The translations under genes and the position numbers were made by a program. Below the pieces are notes generated by a model that saw only the letters and a program-made list of their open reading frames with translations, was not told the DNA's origin and did not search any database. Of a stretch of DNA of 64,000 nt, positions 1 through 8,722 are shown one piece after another (position 1 is the first letter of the stretch; each line of letters begins with the position of its first letter). Source of the DNA: a virus; the IMG/VR virus record IMGVR_UViG_3300027806_000039, positions 9,310-73,309 of that record. One strand, written 5' to 3'.

Positions 1-831
1 CCGTCGAATGAGCGTGCTGCCGCTCACCGCGTCTTCGTATTTGATCCAGATGTATTCCCAGCCTTCCTTTGGGATGGTGTAGCCAATGCCAGGCGTATAC
101 CACTCTGCGTTTGGTGCCATCTGGTTTGGTCGGCACTCAAACTCAAACGTCACCGGGGCATACGGCTGGTCTCCCTGCCATTGGCAGCGGCCTCCCATGA
201 ATAGTGATTCCCCGGGCTCAAACACTCGAAACTTCGCGTTGTTCACGGTGCCAGTGAGCTTGTGAACGGCTCCCACGAATGCGTCAGACAGTGCAATAGA
301 CGCCGGCAAAATCCACGTTTCCGAATACCGCATGCTGGGGCGCACGACGTCGATGCCTTCGACGGCGTTACCAGACACGTTGATAGCGCCCTCCATGGTT
401 GGTGTTTCCGGATCCTCCGGATACTTCGTCTCCTCGAGGGCCTGATAGATCCGTTCCGTATGGCCTGTCGTGTCCCACGCGATTCCACCTGGCTGCGGTT
501 TTTCAATTCCTCCGCCGCCGCCGCCGCCACCACCGCCGCTGTCGTTGTTGTCAAACTTCGGAACCAGCGTCTGGTAGGTCGCCGTGCAGTCGAAGTAGCG
601 GTTTCCGACGCCGGCCACGTCGAGCCGCTTCCGCACCCAGAAAATTCCGGCTCCGTCGCTCAGCACGTATGGCGGTGCGTAGAGGCTGATTTGAGTGACG
701 CAGTCGTTGAAGCCAAAGCATCGCCCGATGAGGTATCGCCGCTTCACCTCGAGGGTTTCGCCAGACTCCATCTCGTTGGTGACGGAGCCGGACATTGAAT
801 CCTGAAGCTCGTAGCAAACTTCCACGCTCAT
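1..831 (-). CDS. Tail protein downstream of tape measure (3'-truncated by window edge)
   Basis: Read by hand: MSVEVCYELQDS...poly-G...LTGTVNNAKFRVFEPGESLFMG...KEGWEYIWIKY, open to base 1; ATG overlaps TMP stop (ATGA). Confidence 0.75.
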   Translation of the reverse strand, partial: MSVEVCYELQDSMSGSVTNEMESGETLEVKRRYLIGRCFGFNDCVTQISLYAPPYVLSDGAGIFWVRKRLDVAGVGNRYFDCTATYQTLVPKFDNNDSGGGGGGGGGGIEKPQPGGIAWDTTGHTERIYQALEETKYPEDPETPTMEGAINVSGNAVEGIDVVRPSMRYSETWILPASIALSDAFVGAVHKLTGTVNNAKFRVFEPGESLFMGGRCQWQGDQPYAPVTFEFECRPNQMAPNAEWYTPGIGYTIPKEGWEYIWIKYEDAVSGSTLIRR

Positions 832-3437
832 GCAAACGTTTCCCCGGTGCGAGCCGTGTTGTTGGCGATGACCTTCAGGATTTGTCCGTTGGCGACGGTC
901 GCGGCCGTTCCTTGCGCGACTGCCTGCACAACTGCATTGAGTCCGTCGCTCGTGACTTGGCTGAGCCTTCGCAGTTCCTCAAACACCTGCATGCCTGCCT
1001 GCACGCCGCCGGCCTGTCGTTCGATTGCTGGTGCCGATGCGCCTGCCGCAACAGAGCCGCCAGTTGCCGGTCCTACGGCAGGCAGGGCGGTCCTCACGGC
1101 CCCCATGGCAGTTGCCGCCGGCGAGCCTGCCACCGCCCCCATGGCAAGTTGCTGCTGTAAGGCGGCTATCTGGGCCTCGATCTCCGCCGTGTCTGGCATC
1201 ACGCCGGGAGCCGTCCGGCGGGCGGGGTCGAGGGCGTCTGGGTTTGGCATCGCGTCCAGGGCCCCGCCGGCGGCCTTGGCCCGCAAGGCGGCGATCTGGG
1301 CCTCGATCTCGTCGCGGTTGGCCAACTGCTGCACCATCTGGGCGGTGTTCTCGGCCGTGGCCTTAGACGAGTCTTCGAGCGTGTTCAGTTCCGGCCCGAT
1401 GCCGAGGCCCTCGCCGGAGCCGAACGTGCCGACCGATCGACTTCCGCCAGCCGCCCCAGCCTTGTCATCAGCGGTGGCACCCACTGGCATCACGCCACGA
1501 TCCACCGCAGCCGCTGCGGCGGCACCACCGGCAGCTGTGGCCTCAATGCTTCCCCGCACCACACCGTTGGCCCGGTCGCGAGCGCGGTCCGCGTCTTTCT
1601 GCATTTCTGCGATCGTGTCGAGCCAACCTTGTGCGTTCTTATCGTCGGCAGCCTGCCGCTTCCCGGCAGCCGCCCCACGAGCCGCGTCTCGGTCTGCCGC
1701 GCGGGCGTCTGCCGTCGGGGCCCGCTCGCGGGCACGGGCCACCTCGGCATCGACCTCCTTCAATGCCCGGCGCAGCCCGTTGATGGCGAAGTTCCAATCG
1801 AAAGCCGCCTGGAAGTAGAGCCCGAGCTTTTGGAAGCCGCTCTGGAGCGTGAGAATGTCGGCCCCAAAAAGGCCCATGAACCGGTCGAGTCCATCGGCCA
1901 GCTTGTCGCCGATGAATGCCGCGGCATTCGTGACGAGCGTGCGGATGTCTCGGAATGCCATGTCCCATCCGGCGACGATCCTCGTCAGCACGATGTTCAT
2001 GTTGGCCTGGAGCAGACCAAACGCGGCCCCAAAGTCGAGCCTCGACAGGGCCGCTCCGATCGCGTCGGTCTCGCGGCGAAACGTCGGGCTCAACTGACGG
2101 CCAATCACGATCGCCGCCGTGACGCCCGAGGCAAACACCGCGGCGGCGAGTCCAGCGGGTGTGAACAGGGCCGGGAGCAGCCGCACGCCGGCGGCGATCA
2201 GGCTGGCTCCCTTGCTCATCACTTGCAGGCCAATGCCTCCGACGATGGCCGCGGCCCCGAGCCCCAGCATGCCGCCGGCGACCGCGGCAACCGTGGCGAC
2301 GAGCTGCGGGTTCCGCTCGATGAACATCGTGACAACTTGCAGCATCCGGCCGAGGCCGTTGACAGTGGCCGTTGCCGTCTCGCCCATGCTCGTGATCGTT
2401 GCGATCTTCAGGTCGGCAAACAGGGCTCCCAGCCGCCGGACGGCACCGCCAAACGAGTCGAGCACCTGGGCCGCCTTGCCGCTGGCCGCTCCTGCGGAAT
2501 TTTGGATCTCGCCCATGATCCGGGCGAACTCGCCGCCCAGATTCGAAAGCGTGATCGCGGCCCTCGCCCCGCGGATGTCGAAGATGTCCATGAAGGCCGC
2601 CAGCCGGTCGGCGTTGTTCATGCCGGCCGTCGCGCCACCGAGGTCGCGGATCACGTCCATGAAGGGCCGGAGGTTGCCGGTGGCGTCCCGCACGCTCACG
2701 CCCAGGGCGTTGAACTTGGCCTCCTCGGAGGTCATCGCCTCGAGCACGCGGGCGAGCTGCGTGCCGGCCATGCTGCCGCGGATGCCGCCCTGTGCGAGGG
2801 CACCCATGGCCGCGAGCACGTCGTCGAGCGATTGGCCTGCGGCCTGAGCCTGCGGGCCCACGTAGCTGAGCGACTCGCCGATCAGGTCCACGCTCGTCAC
2901 CGACGCATTGGCCGCCGCCTGGAGCCGGTCGGCGATGCTGCCGAAGTCGCCGGTCGAAAGCCCAAACTGGCTCATCGTGCCGATCACGACCTCGACGGCA
3001 CGGGCGAGCTCCATGTTGTCGGCCGCGGCCAGGGCGAGCACCGGCCCGATACCGGCGATGACGCCGTCCGCGTTCACGCCGGCCTTCGCCAGTTCGTTCA
3101 TGGCGTTGGCCACTTCCGTCGGGCTCTGGCCCATCTGCACGCCCATCTGCCGGGCGGCGGCGTTGAGCTTGGCGAACTGGTCCTCGGTGGCCTTCGTGTT
3201 GGCCCGAACCTGCGCCATCGACAGCGTGAAGTTCGCCGCCTCGCGGGCCGCGATCACGAACGGAGCCCCGAGCGCAGCCCCGCCCAGCGACAGATTCGTC
3301 CCCATCTGCCGCATGGCCGTCCCCACGGCCTTCAGCTTGTTTTGCACGCGGGTCATCGCCTGCTGAAACGCGCCGTCCTTGGCGAAGATTTCAACGTAGG
3401 CTCCACCCGCACGAACGGCACCGGCACCGGCTGCCAT
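828..3437 (-). CDS. Tail tape measure protein (phage A, TP901/PhageMin_Tail type)
   Basis: 869 aa Ala/Gly-rich helical protein with SPTEVANAMNELAKAG, IGESLSYVGP, GIRGSMAGT motifs; follows the chaperone genes. Confidence 0.92.
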   Translation of the reverse strand: MAAGAGAVRAGGAYVEIFAKDGAFQQAMTRVQNKLKAVGTAMRQMGTNLSLGGAALGAPFVIAAREAANFTLSMAQVRANTKATEDQFAKLNAAARQMGVQMGQSPTEVANAMNELAKAGVNADGVIAGIGPVLALAAADNMELARAVEVVIGTMSQFGLSTGDFGSIADRLQAAANASVTSVDLIGESLSYVGPQAQAAGQSLDDVLAAMGALAQGGIRGSMAGTQLARVLEAMTSEEAKFNALGVSVRDATGNLRPFMDVIRDLGGATAGMNNADRLAAFMDIFDIRGARAAITLSNLGGEFARIMGEIQNSAGAASGKAAQVLDSFGGAVRRLGALFADLKIATITSMGETATATVNGLGRMLQVVTMFIERNPQLVATVAAVAGGMLGLGAAAIVGGIGLQVMSKGASLIAAGVRLLPALFTPAGLAAAVFASGVTAAIVIGRQLSPTFRRETDAIGAALSRLDFGAAFGLLQANMNIVLTRIVAGWDMAFRDIRTLVTNAAAFIGDKLADGLDRFMGLFGADILTLQSGFQKLGLYFQAAFDWNFAINGLRRALKEVDAEVARARERAPTADARAADRDAARGAAAGKRQAADDKNAQGWLDTIAEMQKDADRARDRANGVVRGSIEATAAGGAAAAAAVDRGVMPVGATADDKAGAAGGSRSVGTFGSGEGLGIGPELNTLEDSSKATAENTAQMVQQLANRDEIEAQIAALRAKAAGGALDAMPNPDALDPARRTAPGVMPDTAEIEAQIAALQQQLAMGAVAGSPAATAMGAVRTALPAVGPATGGSVAAGASAPAIERQAGGVQAGMQVFEELRRLSQVTSDGLNAVVQAVAQGTAATVANGQILKVIANNTARTGETFA

Positions 3438-3655
3438 TACTTCGCCTCCTTCGGCACGAACTTGCCCAGGCCGAGAGCCCGCAGCATGGCGGGCGTGGCT
3501 TCAGGGAGTTCAGGGGAGGGGAGGTACGGGTGGAAATCGGCCGGCTGCGGCGGCGTGCCCTTGTCCGGATCGGTGTGCATCGCGGCGAAGAGGGCCATGA
3601 GGCTGCTCGTGTGATTCCACGTTTCGTTACTGCGGCCCCAGGCCATCCACTCCAA
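3437..3655 (-). CDS. Tail assembly chaperone extension (gpT-like), probably reached by frameshift
   Basis: Frame opens upstream as DPYELCFELAGQCGVDPWPYTLRQLEWM; C-terminal PADFHPY; lies immediately before the TMP. Confidence 0.65.
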   Translation of the reverse strand: MEWMAWGRSNETWNHTSSLMALFAAMHTDPDKGTPPQPADFHPYLPSPELPEATPAMLRALGLGKFVPKEAK

Positions 3656-3681
3656 CTGCCGCAGTGTGTACGGCCACGGGT

Positions 3682-4155
3682 CTACGCCGCATTGTCCTGC
3701 GAGCTCGAAGCAGAGCTCGTATGGGTCTGGCGGATCAACGTCTCGAAGTCGATCGTCTCCAGCTTCGTCTCCACCTTTGCGAGGTCTTCGGCGCGAACCT
3801 TTGCGTGGGCGGCCTGATACTTCGCCAGCATCCTCTTCAGCAGCCCCTTCCGGGGCTCCTGGAAAAAATCGGCAACTTCGCCGATCAGCGCCTCCACTGC
3901 CTGCTCGATGCAGGTGCCGTCGATGACCGACAGGAAGTCTTCAGTCGTCTTGCCGGCGGCCTCGAGCTGCGGGCGGATCACCGCAGCCAGCACAAGGCAG
4001 AATTGCACGTCGTCGGAGAAGAAACCCTGAACCTGTCGATCTGTCGCAAACAGGTCGGTGAGTTTCAGGCCCGTTTCGTCGAGACACCGCTTGACGGTGC
4101 CGACGGTCACGTCGACCGTCCACTCGGCTCCATCCTTCGTCTTGAACGTTCTCAT
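3682..4155 (-). CDS. Tail assembly chaperone (gpG-like)
   Basis: MRTFKTKDGAEWTVDVTVG...EALIGEVADFFQ; lies between tube genes and TMP. Confidence 0.7.
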   Translation of the reverse strand: MRTFKTKDGAEWTVDVTVGTVKRCLDETGLKLTDLFATDRQVQGFFSDDVQFCLVLAAVIRPQLEAAGKTTEDFLSVIDGTCIEQAVEALIGEVADFFQEPRKGLLKRMLAKYQAAHAKVRAEDLAKVETKLETIDFETLIRQTHTSSASSSQDNAA

Positions 4156-4520
4156 GTGCCGTACACCATGCTCTTGAGCGTGACTTCCCAGGCGACGTTA
4201 CCGTTGATCGGCGACTTCACCTGCACGTTGCTGACCGAAAATTGGGCACTGAACAGCCCAGCGACCGCCAAGGTGAGGAGCTGGCCTGTGGCTGGGTGTT
4301 TGTTGAACTTGCTTGCGAAGGTCGCGTAGTTCTCTTCCCAGTAGATGAGTAGTTTCACCGTGGCGCTCGCGCAGATGACGATGCTGCTCGTCCATGCGTG
4401 CTGCCAGTTGGTGATGTCGAACTCCTTGCCGGACAGGTCGAGGTCAAAGTCCCGCATTCCCTGGATGGCCGCTCCATTGAGCGTCATCACTTGGTTGTGG
4501 CCGAGGACGATGCGGGCCAT
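4152..4520 (-). CDS. Tail tube-like protein 3
   Basis: 122 aa beta-rich, KEFDITN...VAWEVTLK; position in tail operon. Confidence 0.55.
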   Translation of the reverse strand: MARIVLGHNQVMTLNGAAIQGMRDFDLDLSGKEFDITNWQHAWTSSIVICASATVKLLIYWEENYATFASKFNKHPATGQLLTLAVAGLFSAQFSVSNVQVKSPINGNVAWEVTLKSMVYGT

Positions 4521-4523
4521 GCG

Positions 4524-4880
4524 TCAAGCCTCTGGGGCTGCCTTCATGCCGTAGGAGACCGTGTATTCCCGCATGCCCTTCGGCGTTACGCCCATCTTCA
4601 CCTCGGTGACGATGGCATCGAGCTGCATCGTGCTTCCGTCCAGGCCGCCGATGACGAATGCGCCGCTGTCGCCTCGCTGTGCGTCCGTGTCCGTGCAAAC
4701 GATCTCGAACGTGATGTCGACGAGGCCGATCATCGTTTCGATCTGGGTGAGCGGCGTGGCCTTGAACACCGTCACGTCCTGCTCGCTGCCTGAAACCTTG
4801 AGCGACGCCGACTTGATGTCGTCGTTATCGACGCCAGGGGCCGTGGTGATCTGCTTGCGGCCGATCTTGTACGTAGGCAT
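4524..4880 (-). CDS. Tail tube-like protein 2
   Basis: 118 aa beta-rich, SEQDVT...MREYTVSY; similar layout to neighbours. Confidence 0.5.
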   Translation of the reverse strand: MPTYKIGRKQITTAPGVDNDDIKSASLKVSGSEQDVTVFKATPLTQIETMIGLVDITFEIVCTDTDAQRGDSGAFVIGGLDGSTMQLDAIVTEVKMGVTPKGMREYTVSYGMKAAPEA

Positions 4881-4899
4881 GTGCGGAGTTGTCCTTTCG

Positions 4900-5259
4900 T
4901 CAGATGAAGTCGATCTGATCGGCCGTGTCGAGCGGCGTGCCCGGGGTGAGCGTGAGCTTCACGCTCACGACGCCGTCGTCCGGCTCGTCGTACTGGGCGT
5001 CGAGCACGATCACCGTTCCGCTGTACGCAGATGAGGTGACCGCAACGCTCTGCCCGAGCTTGTAGCTCGTGGTGTCGTCCACGAGGATCGTGGCCTCAAG
5101 CGTGATCTTGGTCAGGCCCGCCTCGACGTGCTTTACGGGCTTTGAGCCGGAGCGGGTCGTGGCGTCGATCGTGTCGCCGCCGTGGGTGAGCGTGAGATCG
5201 CTCACGTTCGACAAAGCGCCCGAAATCGTGAAATCCTTGCCGAGGCTGATCGTGGCCAC
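4900..5259 (-). CDS. Tail tube-like protein 1
   Basis: 119 aa, DTIDATTR...DGVVSVKLTL, typical of minimal siphovirus tube proteins. Confidence 0.6.
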   Translation of the reverse strand: MATISLGKDFTISGALSNVSDLTLTHGGDTIDATTRSGSKPVKHVEAGLTKITLEATILVDDTTSYKLGQSVAVTSSAYSGTVIVLDAQYDEPDDGVVSVKLTLTPGTPLDTADQIDFI

Positions 5260-5327
5260 TGTGCCCTCGCCGGTTGACGGTATGGCGGCTCGCTGGCCAC
5301 CTATACGTCAGTATACCGGTGAGTGTG

Positions 5328-6074
5328 TCACAACCCGCCGACCTTGAAGCGGTTGGCGAACTCTTTGGCGATGCGTCCCGTCGAGATGGCCTTCGCGAAA
5401 GCGGGCCGCATGTAGGGCCGCTCCGGATAGGGCACGTTCTCGCGGAAGCTCGTCTGCTCCCAGCGGTTGAGCCGCTTCGGGCTGCGGCCCACGCGCCAGT
5501 AGCCGATGATGCCGGCCCGGTAGCTTCGCGGCCACCGCGGGATCCACGCCCACCCGATCATTTGCTCGGTGCCGCCGAACTCGTGCAGGGCGGCCAGCCA
5601 CGCGATGCTCGGCGAGCCTTGCCCAACGACCACCGATTCCGAGGTCGGATCGTAGGCGTAGACGATGCCGGGCCGGTCGCGGAGGTTTCCGCGGTGGGTG
5701 TGCGGCGGTGTGCCCGGAGCCGACGGGGCCTTGGCCTGGATCTCGAGCAGCCTACGCCGCAGCTGGTTCGCCTGCCGGCGGTTTCCGCTGGCCTCGCTCA
5801 TGCCGATCAGGTCGCGGATCGTCTGGTCCGGGTTCTCGTTCATCACCTGTAGCTTCGGCCGGGCCATGCCCTGCCGCTTGATCGACCGGCGGGCGATCTG
5901 CATCACCACCGACCCGCCCTTGTAGAGGGCCGCCCGCTTTGCCTTCGACATCGCGTTGATGACCCGCGACCGGTCGAAGAAATACTCGTAGTTGATCCCG
6001 GCCGGAATCCTCGCGCCGGCGTTGAGGCTCAGCCCGGCCCCTAGGTTGGGCATCGAAGGCAGCAGGGCCCCCAT
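5328..6074 (-). CDS. Neck/tail completion protein (HK97 gp10 / lambda gpZ-like)
   Basis: SAPGTPPHTHRG, ALHEFGG and YPERPYMRPAF motifs. Confidence 0.75.
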   Translation of the reverse strand: MGALLPSMPNLGAGLSLNAGARIPAGINYEYFFDRSRVINAMSKAKRAALYKGGSVVMQIARRSIKRQGMARPKLQVMNENPDQTIRDLIGMSEASGNRRQANQLRRRLLEIQAKAPSAPGTPPHTHRGNLRDRPGIVYAYDPTSESVVVGQGSPSIAWLAALHEFGGTEQMIGWAWIPRWPRSYRAGIIGYWRVGRSPKRLNRWEQTSFRENVPYPERPYMRPAFAKAISTGRIAKEFANRFKVGGL

Positions 6075-6577
6075 CAGCCACCCCCAAGCACGGCCGGCGG
6101 TGCGGCGACCTTATCCTTCGGGACGAGGTAGGTCACCTCGATCTGCGACATGAACACGTTGCGGTCTTGCAGGGCGTCCCTGTCATAGGGCATCGGCAGG
6201 GCCAGCTCGCTCCAATCGGTCCCCTCCGGGGCGTCCTCCGGCTCGACGATGTGCGACCGGATCGCGTCGAGAATCGCCTGGTTGAGATCCTCGAGGTCGG
6301 CGATGTCGTCCTCGCTGCCGACGTGTTTGGCGATCACGACGCCCAGCGTGATTTCGAAGAAGTCGCACCCGCGCGGAGCCCGTTCGTTGGCCTGGTTGAC
6401 GGCCACCGGACCCGGCACCACCGAAACCTTGAGCGTGCCGAGATCCTCGAGCTTGTAGTCCGGCGTCCGGCGGTAGACCGCCGTGATGGCCGGCAGGGAG
6501 TCGGTCCAGGTGTGGTCCGACATGGCGGCAGCGAGGCCGGTGCCGATCTGACGGGAGAGGTGCGGGTCGGTTGGCAT
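6074..6577 (-). CDS. Putative tail terminator/completion protein (phage A)
   Basis: LKVSVVP...LQDRNVFMSQIEVTY; start reassigned to MPTDPH at 6577 because the ORF-track start lies in the repeat. Confidence 0.55.
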   Translation of the reverse strand: MPTDPHLSRQIGTGLAAAMSDHTWTDSLPAITAVYRRTPDYKLEDLGTLKVSVVPGPVAVNQANERAPRGCDFFEITLGVVIAKHVGSEDDIADLEDLNQAILDAIRSHIVEPEDAPEGTDWSELALPMPYDRDALQDRNVFMSQIEVTYLVPKDKVAAPPAVLGGG

Positions 6578-6627
6578 ACCCTTATTAGACCACGCGAGCG
6601 GCAACACTTTCGCTCGGTAACGCCTCT

Positions 6628-7236
6628 TCACACCGCCGACAGTAGCGGAGTCTCAATGTACGCGCCCCACTGGTCGGCCATCGCCGCTGCGATCCCTTCG
6701 TAGGTCTTGCTTCTGATCTTCCAGCGGTCGGGCGACGGGGCCAGTTTGTTCTGCCCGCTCGCGGTCTGGTTCTCCCAGCGATCCCGGTGCTCCAGCACGT
6801 TCGTCGCCCGCAGATGAGGCAAGCCCTTTAGCCAGAGACAGGTAGCCTTCGACTCTGGGTGGCCGAACTGCCAAGGCTGGATGGTCTGGTCGGGCTTCCG
6901 CCAGAGCGATGACATGATGCAGACCGGGTTTTCTATGGCAATGTGCGGTATATCGGCCTTTGCTAGCCGCATGAAAAACGACACGCTCGCCTGCTGCCTG
7001 CCGTCCATTCGCTTCGCTTGGAAGTGCCTCGCCCCGCTTACGGACAGGTCGGTGCATGGCGGGTGGGCGATCATCAAGTCCCACGGGTAGTCCAGAACAT
7101 CGCGGACATCGCCTTGGTAGTGCGGGCCGGGCGTCTCGGTCGGCAGAAGGTCGCATGACATCGCCTCATGCCCGAGAGCCAAGAAGGCGTCCCGCACGGC
7201 ACCACTGTACTCACAAGCGATCAGCACCCTTGCCAT
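6628..7236 (-). CDS. Phage C5-cytosine DNA methyltransferase-like protein (copy 1)
   Basis: VLIACEYSG (motif I-like), AHPPC (catalytic PC), IENP. Confidence 0.8.
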   Translation of the reverse strand: MARVLIACEYSGAVRDAFLALGHEAMSCDLLPTETPGPHYQGDVRDVLDYPWDLMIAHPPCTDLSVSGARHFQAKRMDGRQQASVSFFMRLAKADIPHIAIENPVCIMSSLWRKPDQTIQPWQFGHPESKATCLWLKGLPHLRATNVLEHRDRWENQTASGQNKLAPSPDRWKIRSKTYEGIAAAMADQWGAYIETPLLSAV

Positions 7237-7242
7237 GACCGC

Positions 7243-7270
7243 AGATTACCGAGCGTGGCAACTGGGTCAA
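7243..7270 (-). promoter_or_regulatory. Putative promoter for a leaderless MTase transcript
   Basis: Minus strand TTGACC-cag-TTGCCA-N7-TAATCT-GCGGTC-ATG. Confidence 0.55.
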
Positions 7271-7302
7271 CGCTCGTTCAGAAGCGCGACCGCACCTGAT
7301 TT

Positions 7303-7533
7303 CTATCGTTTGGTCCGCTCCAGAAGCGCCCGCAGCGCTGACGAAATACGCAGGCACTCGTCCTTGTCTGGTGGACGATGATGGCCGATTGCACTCAGTT
7401 CTGAGTCGGCAGCGACAATCGCTTCCAGTTCCGCGTCGGTGAGCGTGAGCCGATGGCTCCAAGAATCAACGGTTTGTAACGACCCGTCCTCGTTCACTCC
7501 GATGATCGGCCGTGCTGGCGTCCACTTGTCCAT
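7303..7533 (-). CDS. Hypothetical phage protein (LTDAELEAI...LRALLER type), copy 1
   Basis: ORF with purine-rich RBS (GAGAGGG) before MDKWTP. Confidence 0.55.
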   Translation of the reverse strand: MDKWTPARPIIGVNEDGSLQTVDSWSHRLTLTDAELEAIVAADSELSAIGHHRPPDKDECLRISSALRALLERTKR

Positions 7534-7565
7534 CGCGTCCCTCTCTGATTTCAGTAGCGCAATTG

Positions 7566-7901
7566 CTAAAAGTCGCCGCCGCATGACCCAGAATCAAAAC
7601 TGCTTCCTGAGTCATACGAGCCACTGTCGTAACTGCTGCCTCCAGAATCGTATGAACTAGAGTCATACGACCCAGCCCCAGAATCTACCTCCGGCGTCTG
7701 GTGGCAGTGGTGGTCTTCCGATGTGTTCATCATGTCGCCAAGCATCCCTCCAGCGAGGTTGCCGCCAAGCAATCCGCCTACAAGTCCGTCGTTCGTGGCG
7801 TAGCCGAGGGCAACAGACTGCACAAAACCATCGTCAGACGATGCAGGCACGGCAGTGACGATTGCGTGCTTCGGCTTCTTTTTTCTGAGCCAGCCAAACA
7901 T
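7566..7901 (-). CDS. Hypothetical protein with Gly-rich segment and YDSG/YDSS repeats, copy 1
   Basis: AAGGAG RBS; GLVGGLLGG; SYDSSSYDSGGSSYDSGSYDSG tail. Confidence 0.65.
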   Translation of the reverse strand: MFGWLRKKKPKHAIVTAVPASSDDGFVQSVALGYATNDGLVGGLLGGNLAGGMLGDMMNTSEDHHCHQTPEVDSGAGSYDSSSYDSGGSSYDSGSYDSGSSFDSGSCGGDF

Positions 7902-8282
7902 GGAAACTCCTTTGGTTTCGTAGATAAGAAACGTCTTTACCTGCGGCGTGTAGTGTCAGGTTCCTTCGCAAAAAAACTGCCGGATCATACGTGCAATCCG
8001 ACGAGATTCGTTGCATTTTGCATATGTTGCGGGCGTAACATATCGAATCAGATATGTTTCACAAACGAGATTCTGTAAGCATTAGCGGTGCATTTCTCTT
8101 ACAGAACAGAGCCTGTCACTTTTCGACAGTTTGTGTAGTGCCGGTGCCTGCGGGTCGCGGTGCCGGTTTATCTTTCCGGTCGCTGCCGCAAGCTGTCGCC
8201 GCCGGCGCGGCGTTGCTGTCCCGCTCGGGATCGTCGGCATCGAAATCGCACGTTTTCGACTCGGTCTGTCCCGCTCGGGAAA

Positions 8283-8498
8283 TCATACGAGAAGCTCCAC
8301 AAGCTCATGCGGGATCAACTCGCGAACGGCTTCCAGTTCGCGTGTCGCCTCGTCACCGATCTCGGCGTATTTGAGCCGGCCCCGAATCGCCTGCTGGATC
8401 GCCTCCAGGGCGATCAAGGCGTCCCGGCCCGCGAGGCAGTACCGATGCTCGCGGGCGTCGTCGGGGTCGCTGCAATCGAACCGGAGGATGGCTTGCAT
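8283..8498 (-). CDS. Hypothetical protein
   Basis: MQAILRFDCSDPDDAREH...RGRLKY; ATG 6 nt after a -10-like hexamer. Confidence 0.65.
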   Translation of the reverse strand: MQAILRFDCSDPDDAREHRYCLAGRDALIALEAIQQAIRGRLKYAEIGDEATRELEAVRELIPHELVELLV

Positions 8499-8504
8499 GA
8501 CCGC

Positions 8505-8532
8505 AGCCTATGCGATGCGTCAATCGGGTCAA
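8505..8532 (-). promoter_or_regulatory. Putative promoter, leaderless
   Basis: TTGACC-cga-TTGACG-N7-TAGGCT-GCGGTC-ATG, same geometry as 7243-7270. Confidence 0.55.
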
Positions 8533-8566
8533 CGCTCGTTTTATCGCGATTTGCGATTAGCGAAAT

Positions 8567-8696
8567 GCCACTGGGGCGGCCCACTCGTCGCCAAGCCGTT
8601 GTCGGGCTGCGTTACGTCTCGCCCCTGCCCGCCGCCAGCCTGCGCGAGGCGTTAGCTCCAGTGTGGCACTGGGCGACTGGCGGAAGGCTTAGTGTT
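8567..8696 (-). ncRNA. Candidate structured ncRNA, copy 1 (family unidentified)
   Basis: Intergenic; homologous to 56017-56143 with conserved cores and structure-preserving stem changes. Confidence 0.55.
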
Positions 8697-8722
8697 TTGG
8701 TCTGTACTCTGTGGGTGTACGG

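Larger units (their letters stand above)
1..6604 (-). mobile_element. Phage A tail module (continues the head module at 55506-64000)
   Basis: Tail completion, gp10-like, tube-like genes, chaperones, tape measure and post-TMP tail gene in siphovirus order. Confidence 0.8.
6605..7952. repeat. 1,348-bp direct repeat, copy 1 (= 54158-55505)
   Basis: Begins CACTTTCGCTCGG and ends CTGCGGCGTGTA in both copies; constant offset 47,553; ORFs wholly inside give identical translations. Confidence 0.95.

Noticed and set aside
1161-1311. Duplicated EIEAQIAAL segment in TMP A
   Set aside because: Ordinary internal repeat of a tape measure protein
1629-3614. Long plus-strand ORFs (also 29840-31117, 59616-61814, 57884-59035 and many others)
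   Set aside because: Antisense shadows of well-supported minus-strand genes in high-GC DNA, with no recognisable motifs
7595-7690. GAGTCATACGA-type short repeats
   Set aside because: Explained by YDSS/YDSG peptide repeats in ORF 7566-7901
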